Of a stretch of 64,000 nt of DNA, positions 11,968 to 22,029 are shown piece by piece. The notes beneath the pieces were generated by a model that was not told the DNA's origin, ran no database searches, and worked only from the letters and a program-made list of their open reading frames with translations. The position numbers and the translations under genes are program-made. Each line of letters begins with the position of its first letter. Position 1 is the first letter of the stretch. The stretch is from Azolla caroliniana (taxonomy: Eukaryota > Plantae > Polypodiophyta), in contig JBHGNT010000004.1 in the NCBI GenBank assembly GCA_043228905.1, positions 5,332,001-5,396,000 on the forward strand, written 5' to 3'.

Positions 11968-12755
11968 GGACCATGGTAATTTAACGTTTAAATACGTATA
12001 GTACCTTCTAATTTGTATAGTACGTACTATATCTCAATGTTGTTTAGTCAAATATCATGTACATTTGAAAAAATGGGTATAATACGTATTTATAAAAAAA
12101 TGTAAGTAAAACCCCAACAAAAAGCGAAAGAAAAATGTTTTTTAGTGAAAAAGAAGCAGAAAGAAGGAAGAAAGAAGAACATAAAGCGATGACAACGACG
12201 AAGAAGGAGAAAAAGAGAGAAAAGAAGACAGAAACCTGTCCTGACTCTGAGTGTGATTATCACAGAAGATAGAAGAAGAAGATGATGATGAATATGAGAG
12301 AAAAGAAGAGAGAAACCTATAATGAGTGTGATAATTGTAGACGATTCCTCAATCTATGCAGGCATAAATTGTAAATAATTACAATTTGAAGTAGAACATC
12401 GTGATACTCACTTACTCTGATTTATAGAACAAGTGAATGTCGACATCCATATGATAAAGTATTTTAGGATGTGAAATTTTCAAATGTCTTATATGCATTT
12501 TAGGATGTAGAACTATAATGTACATCACAAAATTGTGTAAACATAGATGCTTTTTACAATATTACGAATATTTTTTAGAAAGGTAAATAATTTTCAAATT
12601 CTAGAAGTATTTAATGTACTATACGTAAAATACGTATTTTATAAATATTTAACATATTAAAAAATGTATTTAATGTATTTTTAAATTGGGAGGTACTATA
12701 CGCGTATTAATACGTTATATACGTATGGTATCCTTACCGTACCTAACAACCTTGG
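11968..12755. mobile_element. Putative MITE / non-autonomous DNA transposon remnant
   Basis: AT-rich block with subterminal inverted repeat (AATACGTATAGTACCTTCTAATTT ~11991-12014 vs AAATTGGGAGGTACTATACGCGTATT ~12683-12708) and repeated TACGTA; right end reads CAAGGTTGTT on the minus strand; no TSD found. Confidence 0.5.
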
Positions 12756-12779
12756 TCTGCAGTCATTTCAATAAACGGC

Positions 12780-15395
12780 GAGAGTGGAATAACGAGGGCA
12801 CGTTGTCGGCCGTCCCAACTACCGGGAGGATGACATGAGAGGAAATGAGGAGACGGCTCGAGTCAGGCTGAGTTCCATGGGTCAGAGATCAATTTGATGT
12901 ACATGGATTTCTATTAGAAGGGCAAATGGCTAATCAACACGAAACATGGTTGGAAGATACGTGCGGCGACCCACGCTACGTAGGAACTACACGGTGCGTG
13001 CTCGAACGTCCGGGTGAAGGTCGGTGATGTCGAGATCGACCAACCCTTCTTTATTCAGGATACATCTTCCCATCTGGTTATACTCGGCGAACCTTGCATC
13101 ACGGCAGTTCGAATGGAGACTATGTTGGACAACGGTTCAACGTACACAAGAGTGAAGAGCTAGGACGGTCGACACTCCATCCAGTTTTTGATAGTTTGGT
13201 TGAACCATGAGAGGAATCGAGACTCCCTCGGCATTGAGTGCCGTGAGGACTTTTAGAGAGGGCTATCAAGGCGTGGGGCTGCAATAGTAGGTCTAAGCGA
13301 AGACCAAACGATTCCACTCAATTCAATTGAAATGTATGAGGTTATCGAGGAGTTTGAAAGGTCAGTCGGGTTCGGTCGGACTGATTGAGTCAACACGAAA
13401 TACAAGACTGTGAACCAGAAGGTGAGGGCTTTCGTGACCGACCCAAGCTTACGAGATCCGGCCGGCATAGGGCACCAATTCATCGACGAAACACTACAGA
13501 AGTTGAAGATCGGTGGGGGTGGCTTCCTACTGCCAGCGGAGGAGGACTAGTTTCAGAGGATGCTTGAAAGGCACGAGAAAGCCTTCGCATTCTCACCGTG
13601 GGAGATCGGGTGCATCGACCCGACGATAATAAAACCAATGGTGATCTTCACGGTAGATCAGATGTACCGTGGAGCCTCATACTGTTTCCGGTGCCGAAGC
13701 TGATGGAGTTGCTCAAGGAGGAGATCAACATGGGATTCTCAAACCGTAGCCCATACTCGAATCGGTGGTTCACGGTGTGTCGACCGGATGATAATAGAAC
13801 CAAAGGTGATCTTCACGATATCACATGTATCGTGGAGCCTCAAACCGATTCTGGTGCCGAGGGCTCACATTCCGAAGTTGATCGAGCTGCTCAAGGAAAA
13901 TATCAACATAGGGATTCTCGAACCGTCGAGTGCCCCATACTCGAATTGGTGGTTCACGGTTCCAAAGAAGAACAACACAGTACGCTTTATACAAGACTTG
14001 CAGCCGGTCAGCAGAGTGACCATTCGAAATGCAGGAGTTGGGCCGACAATTGATGAATTCGCGAAGGCTTTCGTTGGAAGGTCTATCTACTCAGTTGGCA
14101 ACTTATACTCCGGGTATGACCAGTTCCAACTAGTTGTCGAATGCAAGGATATCACAACGATGCAGACCCCTCTCGACTTAGTTTGGATGTGTACCCTACC
14201 TCAAGGAGGTACTAATTCGGTGGTGCACATGGTGAATGCATTGAACAAGGTACTGAGGGACCGCATCCTAGACATCACCATGCCATTTTTGGACGACATC
14301 CTGATAAAAGGATGTCCAGAGGACGCAAAGGAAGAATCGGTTAGAGAGGATGGATGTTGGAAGTTTGTTGCCGACCACATCACCGACTGCTAGAAGATAT
14401 TGGACTGGCTGAAAGGGGCGCGACTAACCTTCTCCGGAGAGAAGTCGGTTTTCAGGCAGTCGGAGATCGTGGTGGTTGGACACCTATGCAAACCTTATGG
14501 TTAGAAACCATCTCCGACAAAGGTAGCGGCCATTTCGGCCATGAAGGAAGAATGCAGGTCGACCATCGAGGTTCGACGACTCTTTGGGGCATGTGCCTTC
14601 TACCACATCTGAATCCCGCACTACGTGCGCATTGCAGGGCCACTCTACGGCTTGCTAAAGAAGGGGCGGAAGTTCGAGTTGAGAGAAGAGAACTCAGAGT
14701 TGGTTCGAAGATTGAAGGGAATGTTGATGGCGACATCGGCTCTCCAGAAAGCAATGTACAAGGACTCTCCGATATTCGTCACGGTCGACACAAGCCTAAC
14801 TAGAATCAGATGGGTTATTAACCAAGAAGATAAAGTCAGAATGCGGTTTTCCATATGATTTGGTGCGAAAGTGTTAAGTGAGCGACAACGGGGATACGCC
14901 CAAGTCAAGTGGGAGCTGTGGGGTATCGTCTCGGCAGTTAATGCCGACAAAGATTTTCTGATCGGGGCGGAGGTTATTATTGAGGCGGACTGCCTCCCGA
15001 TTCTCAAGATGGTGTCTGGATGCGCTACTCCGGACCTATCACATACATCAAGTCCCTGAATCTGAAGATCCGACACATCTCCGGTTAAGACAATGCCATG
15101 GCTGACATGCTATCGAGAGCGTAGTTCGACGAAGAAGACGAAATGGTGTCGGAAGAGGAAGAAGTCAGTGAGGACTTCTTCGAGTTGGCTCAATTGTCGG
15201 AAAATAGGCAAAGCACTCTGACCATACACGAGTTCAATGAGGACGACTACGACGGGGACTGGCTTCCGATCGGAAATTTCCTAGGGTTGATGACAACGAA
15301 CGCATCAGAGACAAAGGAGGAGGCAAGCCGAATCAGGAAGAAGGCGTACTAGCTCTTCTCGAGGGATGGTAAGATATGGCAGCATTCAAAGTGGC
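12780..15395 (+). pseudogene. Ty3/gypsy pol fragment (protease, RT, RNase H, start of integrase region)
   Basis: EPSSAPYSNWWFTVPKKNNTVRFIQDLQPV..LYSGYDQFQL..LPQGGTNSV..FLDDILIKG; RNase H IFVTVDTS, ERQRGYAQVKWELWG. Confidence 0.9.
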
Positions 15396-15515
15396 AACTT
15401 CTAGTTAGCCACAAGCTCAACAAAACATAAATAGTGAATGCCCTTTGAGAAAAGAGTAAATCCAAACACTGAGCATGAACACGAAGAAGAGGAGCACACG
15501 ACCCCACAAAAACGT

Positions 15516-15970
15516 TGTAAAAGTAAATATGCGGAAGCTAAGACAAAACCGGCTCAGCCGGATAGCAACAAAATACAGACACAAGTTTAATGGAAACCTT
15601 ACACGAGAGAGACAGAGTTAGAGCAGAATAGAGAAACGTGTATAATCCAAAAACACTAAAATGGTCACTCTACATACAATGTGCTCAACAACACTATTTA
15701 TACAAGTCCTTTAAAGGACTAACCGAAGTACTGACAAGTACTTCAATGCTCATACTGAGCTACTAACACTAACTATGAGAACCATAACTACCTACTAGTC
15801 TAGACATGTCAGCCTCTAATGGCCTACCGGTTCATAGGTGAGTCCAGCTCCCCGATCCGACTTCCTGATCCGGCTCTAGGTTTAAGGTACTCTCTAGACA
15901 CCGATTCGGATATGATCCGGCTTGGGCTTATTCAGCCGTTCCAGATCTGGTTGAGCTTGTTCGCTCAACA
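15516..15970 (-). mobile_element. Solo LTR of the copia clade, TSD AACG(T/C)
   Basis: TGTAAAAG...CTCAACA; flanks AACGT / AACGC; similar to 10111-10530 and 28001-28393. Confidence 0.85.
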
Positions 15971-16062
15971 AACGCCGACCCAACAAGTCACAACCATGGC
16001 CTCGACCTCCTTTTATAGGGAAAAAAGGAAGAGGGGTATAAAATGTTTTTAATCACACTACG

Positions 16063-16133
16063 TTGTTAAACTAGATTTGAACCGTGCACGATTAGCTAGG
16101 AGTCAATATGTCTATCCAATAGTCCATTAACTC
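16063..16133 (-). other. Weak tRNA-derived (SINE-head-like) remnant
   Basis: Minus strand shows A-box-like TGGACTATTGG, a CTCCTAG loop and B-box GGTTCAAATC; stems are poor. Confidence 0.3.
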
Positions 16134-16745
16134 CATACTATTTAATATATAATTCTATATCTACAAATCCATAGGTTATCACCTCTCTATTTTTCATCTC
16201 TCCTCTCTCTTACTTTTCGTCTCTCGTCTCTCTTACTTTTCATCTCTCCTATCTGTTATAGATTAGGAACACGGCCTACCCTCTGTCCTTCGAGGTACGC
16301 CTCAAGAAGATCGTGGTACAGAGAATGGACAGTGTAGTGCGTCTAGCCTTAACCTACGAGAATGGGTAGTGCGTTACGAGGGGAAGGCGTAACAGGATAC
16401 GGCTACAACCGAACACCTTCTTACTGTAGGTCGTGGTTTACACAGATACACCACTTACCCTAAGAACAATTACGCTTCCCTATGAACACAGAGTTCAGAT
16501 AATACTCGACATAGAGTTCAGAAAAGACAACACGATTATATTAGACGGATTATACTCCCAAAACTACGGTAGTTGTTTACAATGTTCTTATGCCCTTTAT
16601 ATATGCAAGGCATGGACGGTTACGATTAGTGCGTGAACCGTTGCATGCGCTTTATGCTTTCTAACACTTCCATCATTACAGAATATGCTTATCCACTAGT
16701 TCGCCTTTAATCTTCGTCTCGTTTCTCACTAGGGTGGACAACACC

Positions 16746-16762
16746 TGGCACGCCTGTGGGAC
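16746..16762 (+). promoter_or_regulatory. tRNA-Arg-type PBS-like motif in inverted orientation next to the 3' LTR
   Basis: TGGCACGCCTGTGGGAC, 2 nt after the LTR end at 16743; same TGGCACGC core as the PBS at 39062. Confidence 0.6.
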
Positions 16763-16948
16763 AATGCCATGGCACGTTGGATCCATCCTCCTTCTCTACT
16801 CATTATCCAAAGTATCGAGGATATTTGGTTCTGGGCGCTTGTCATTGTTTATCGTAACAGGCGGTGTCATGACATGGATGGGCTCACCATTTTTTGGCTC
16901 GGCCGGAAGTCCCTGCATCGTGGTTTCTGCATCTGTTGCATCTCCCTC

Positions 16949-18879
16949 CTAATGGTCGACCATCGCATCCTCTTGCAAAGTCTCCACCGGTGGTTCTGTC
17001 TGTAATTCCTCGTCTACGCCTATGGGAGTCTGGTATGGGTCTCTTTGTAGCGGCTCATTTGCCGCGACTACCGGATCATGGGACATAATGATAGGTGCGG
17101 CCAATGTCGTAACCTCCGGAGCTGCATCTTGTTCGTATGGACTCTCGTGTTGTGCCACGGAATCACTATCTGGCAGGATGATGGCCTCCGCCTTTCTTGC
17201 CTCTTCTGCCCTTGGATGTTTGTTGCCGATGTCATTCAGTTGGTGGAATGTGTCGTCTTGGCTTTCATTGAAGTCCTCTAATAGCTTTGCCATTTCTTCG
17301 GTGTGGCGGTTGTCTAAGGACTGGTAATCTTCCGTAAGGTCTTAGCGAATTGTAGCGATGCTCTTTTCGCTTAGCTTGTAAAACCTTTTTCCTTCCTTAT
17401 GCTGATTTTCCCAGTCCGCTCTGTATGTGTGGAGTTCCGCTGCCTGTGCTGCCCATCCAACCCATCCTCTATCTAACACCACTTGTAGTTGGGTCGTAAA
17501 TCATTCTTGTTTTGTTTGGAGGACGATGCGGATATGGTCCGTGTTTAGGCGCGTGCAGGCCTGTACGTCCTCAAGAGCCTTCTTGAGGTTCTCAACTTTC
17601 CCCTTGTTCGCCACCGCTGCTTCTTCATAAAGTATCTTCATTTGTGCCCAAATTTGCGACTCCTTCTTATGGAGCTCCTCTAGCCGGCCCATCTCTTTGT
17701 TGAGGCATAATTCGACATCACACTTGAGTTGGCGCTCGTGCTCGAGCTATTCGTCTAAGCGCCACGATGGTGCTTTCCTTCTTGGTCCCTTCCTCGTGGA
17801 GCTTGTCCCTCTCCGCATTCATTTGGCAATGCATGGCCACTTCCGCGTCGAGCTTTTCCTGAATTGCCTTGACCGCCTTACGTCCTTTTCATTGAATGTC
17901 TACTTCTCTGTCTGAGGACTGACGGAGTTCCGACCTAAGACGATCGATCTCAGATTCGGCTAGCTCAGTAGCCCTTTTTGCTTTAGCTGTTATTGCTTTT
18001 TGAGCCTGTGCCTCCTCTCGTAAGGTCTGTAGGTCGGTCCTCTGGGAGGTAGGAGCGGGAACTGGTTGCGCCGTTGGTGCATTGCTCTCAACCTCCTTAA
18101 TATGCAGTTGTGCTTTATTCAGCAGCTCCTGGTTACTTTCACGGTTTTCCAAATGTTTTTGTTCTTGATTGCCATATCTTTGGCGCCTAGGGTGACCTTT
18201 GCCAACTCCCTATGAACCTTGACTAAGGCCATATTAAGCGGAGGGAGCTTGATCCCTAAGCCGTGAACACCTGCTTTTCTCTTCCTTCCTACCAACGCTA
18301 GTGGGCCTTCATCTTCGCTTTCCGCCGTCTGTTTCAGAGCACGCTCGATCATTTGTTGTTCGGCGTGCTAATCGGCCATTCGCTGGGACACCTTAATCTG
18401 CTCTGTCGCCAGGAACTCCATGAACTCATAAGTTATGCCGAATTGCAAGAGGGCGCCGAACTCATGGGTCATGTCCAGGATGCTTGGGTAGGACAAAACT
18501 TTGCTTTCCGAAGTTAGCACACCCTTACCACGTTGCGATTGTTCGGTTATTATTGGCCGACGTTCGGGAATCAACTCCAATGGTTTAGGGTTCTCAACTC
18601 GTGGGGTTGTATCCTTAACAAGCATGCGACCGTCCTTTCTGTTCAGTCGTCCGCGCTTGGTTTTTGGGCTTCCACGTGCCATCTCTTGCTTGGCTTGGGT
18701 GCGGTTCATTGGTGGTTCGTCTTGTGATGGGGTGGCTTCCGTTTCATGCGGGTTTGCTTCTTCCTCCTATTCTATCTCCACGAGGTCAGCTAGTCTTCAT
18801 TTTGCTGACTGTGGCGTGGGTGTTTGGTGGCTCCTTTCCGGGGTGGGGACGTATGATAGGGTGAAGCTTTTTCCCTTTA
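16949..18879 (-). pseudogene. Accessory 3' ORF (coiled-coil, charged) of the Athila/Tat-like family
   Basis: RGKGVLTSESKVLSYPSILDMTHEFGALLQFGITYEFMEFLATEQIKVSQRMA..MIERALKQTAESEDEGPL, homologous to 53859-54701. Confidence 0.8.
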
Positions 18880-20105
18880 TCACGGTGTGGGCATTGAGTT
18901 GTGTAATGACCTGGCTGTTGATAAATAAAACAGTGGATGCTGAACTCACCTTTTTCAATGACTGGGGTTGCGGTTGTTTCCATCGGTGCCGTATGTTCTA
19001 CCCGGGGTCGCTTGAACAACTTGTTGTTGCGGGGCTTCTAGCGATGTTCACGGCGACTATCCTAGTGTCATTCTTCCTCCGAGCTTTCATCGTGGTTACA
19101 TTGGTTCCATGATTGGCGATTACATCCGTACGAACAGGGTTCCGCCTGTTCGCCGGGATTGTTGGTGGTACGCCAGTTAACATAGCGGCGTCCTCCCCGA
19201 GGATTATAACGGTCATTGCTCGGATACTCCTGTTCATCTTGCTCCTCTTCGTTTGAATAAGGATGGTTGTTGCGATGGAGGTGCTTCGGCCTTCCCGCAC
19301 GCTGATTCCTCTACGTGTTATGGTAGCGCTCCTTGTGTCGGCCTTGGTCGTTGTTACGGTAAGGCCGTTGAGGCTCCATATGACGGACTGACGGTGTGGG
19401 CCTATTCAACATGTTATATTCGCACTGATCCACCGTGTGCACCCATGAATGAAAAATGGGGCAATGGAGCCGCATATTACAATCCACCGCGGAGTGCCCT
19501 GAGTTCAAGCAGATCGTGCATTGAATGGCTTGGCGGAAACGGTATTCCTCATCCCTAGGTAGTGCTTGACGGAGCGATGCCATAGACATCCCATCGTCCT
19601 CCTCTTCTAACTCAAGCTGCAACGCCCATTCTATGACCGCATCCGTCATTTGGCTTGTCAAATTTTGCATATTTAACGTTGTCCAGAGGGGTCGACGTAT
19701 TGCCGCCAAAAATATTTCTTTTGCCTCGTCCTCCGTGGGAGCGCATACTAGCTATCATCATAAACTCTGGAACCGCAAGCTGAAGTCAACCATGGACTCT
19801 TGCAACAACTGTTTGATCCTATAAAATTGGCCGATGATCTCACGTTGGGGAATGCTTCGATGAATGAAGCGTAAAAACGATGATTGGAGCTGGTCGAAGG
19901 AGATGAGCGACGTGATGTTGAGCTAGGAATGCCAGCAGGAAGCTCGCCTATCCAGGGTTAACCCAAACTCTGTGATTTTTGGTGCGTGGGCTTCCATTTC
20001 CGGAAGTTGTTGTGACATAAGGTTCACGTTCCAAACATTGAGGAAGGACCGAGCGTGGCTCTCGGCGTCAGTATCTCTACTGAAGCGAGGGTATGAGAAA
20101 GCCAT
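18880..20105 (-). pseudogene. gag (retrotransposon capsid plus Zn knuckles)
   Basis: MAFSYPRFSRDTDAESHARSFLNVW; CTICLNSGHSAVDC; CFIYQQPGHYTTQC. Confidence 0.85.
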
Positions 20106-21099
20106 TCCGGTCTATAGGCTATCACTTGGGAGTCAGAGTACTGCTGATGTGATGTGAGGTTTTCGGGGAAGTGGTAGTTTCACTATACTGGTCTAGTGGA
20201 GATAGGACCTCTTGACAGTGCCACTCTATTCAGTGAACGTCGATTCTAGGATATACTCTGAGAGAGACGGAACGCAGTCGTTGAGTTGTGGTTTTCGTGT
20301 AGCACGTTCTTCTGCTTTTTGGGTCTAGGACCGGGTTTGCGGTCAATCTTGTCGGGTTGGTTCTCGGTTGCGTCAGTAGCTAGAAATCCATTCCCTGATG
20401 CTCGACTGTGAGAATCACAGACAAAAGTGTTACCGATTAGGAACACGGCCTACCTTCCATCCTTCGGGGTACGGCTCAAGAAGATCGTGGTGCAGAGAAT
20501 GGATAGCGTAGTGCATCTAGCCTTAACCTACGGGAATGGGTAGTGTCTTACTGAGTGACCACGAGGGTAAGGCATAACAGGATACGGCTACAACCGAACG
20601 CCTTCTTACCGTAGGTCGTGGTTTACATAGATACACCACTTACCCTAAGAACAATTACGCTTCCCTATCAACATAGAGTTCAGATAATACTCGACATAGA
20701 GTTCAGAAAAGACAACACGATTATATTAGACGGATTATACTCCCAAAACTACGGTAGCTGTTTACAATGTTCTTATGCCCTTTATATATGCATAGCATAG
20801 ACGGTTACACTTAGTGTGTGAACCGTTACATGCGCTTTATGCTTTCTAACGCTTCCATCATTACAAAATATGCTTATCCACTAGTTTGCCTTTTATCTTC
20901 ACCTCATTTAGCACTAGGGCGGACAATACTCTCTTTTACACGAGTTTCTATACCTCCTTTGCACCCTTCCTTTTCCCTCTTCCTTTGCATGTGCAAAATT
21001 AACTACCTTTGTATACGCACACATTGCACATACACATTTTGACCCCCTTTCACCGTTTTTTTCCCACACTTGGCATGCCACATCACGACACCGTGACAA

Positions 21100-21992
21100 C
21101 GGAGACCTAGATGAAAATATCTACATGTCTCAACTGCCGGCTCGCGGTGATGGGGCAACAAGGTTACCTCGTTTGCAAGTTGAAGAAGAACCTATACGGC
21201 CTCAAGAAAGTTCAATAGCTACATCTAGCATCTTGGCTACATCTAGTTAGATCAAACCCATGTATGTACATCAGACAATTGGCCGACACGTCCCGGATCT
21301 ACCTGATCCTGTATGTCACGATATGCTGATTGCTGGAAGCAATCAAGCCGAAATCGGAAGACTAAAGTGGAGCCTTCATGATAAATTTTGGATGAAGGAA
21401 CTCAGACAAGCCTACCATATCTTGGGCATGAGGATTGAACGAAATTGAATGACGAAGTCTCTCCGGCTCTCCCAATCAGACTATATCCGAAAGGTGCTCA
21501 GAAGGTTTAACATGGAGAATGCTAAGCCGACACGAACTTCGCTTCCTACGTTGACAAGATTAATGGACAAGTACTCTCCTTTGACCGACAGACAGAGAGA
21601 GAAAGAGAGAGAGAGAGAAAGCTCAATGGAAAGATACCCTACGCATCGGCTGTAGGAAGTATCATGTACACAATGATGGTGATCCGACCCGACCTTGCAT
21701 ATGTCGTAGGGGTCGTTAGCTAACACATGTCGAACCCAAGATGGAAGCATTGGGAGGCTGTTAAGCACATCTTCAGGTATCTACGAGGAACCAAAGATGT
21801 ATGGCTAACTTTTGGGTCGGCAAATTCGACCGAAGTCGAAGGCTATATAGACTCCGACTATTCCGGCCATCTGAACAATCAGATGTCGACATTAGGCTAT
21901 ATATTCACCTATGGCGATGACGCCATATCATGGAGGCCGAAATTGCAAGAGTGCACAACCGTGTCGACCATACAGGACGAGTACATAGCCGT
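21100..21992 (+). pseudogene. Ty1/copia RT and RNase H fragment
   Basis: GDLDENIYM, LRLSQSDYIRKVL, MSNPRWKHWEAVKHIFRYLRGT..EGYIDSDYSG; (GA)n expansion near 21590-21620. Confidence 0.88.
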
Positions 21993-22029
21993 GTCTCCCT
22001 CACCGCTTCTACCAACGTCTGATTCTGTT

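Larger units (their letters stand above)
16254..20928 (-). mobile_element. Pol-less Athila/Tat-related Ty3/gypsy derivative: LTR-gag::accessory ORF-LTR
   Basis: LTRs 16254-16743 and 20428-20928; TSD-like flanks CTATC / CTCTC; gag start MAFSYPRFS and accessory ORF both homologous to the element at 28932-55158; no PR, RT, RH or INT. Confidence 0.9.

Noticed and set aside
15395-16060. Possible host promoter/5' UTR on the minus strand (CCTATAAAAGG near 16010-16020)
   Set aside because: No downstream coding sequence; more likely a fragment of another repeat
18501-19112. 203-aa + strand ORF with hydrophobic C-terminus (env-like?)
   Set aside because: Antisense to the gag/accessory ORF and spans a deletion junction; no support in the full-length element
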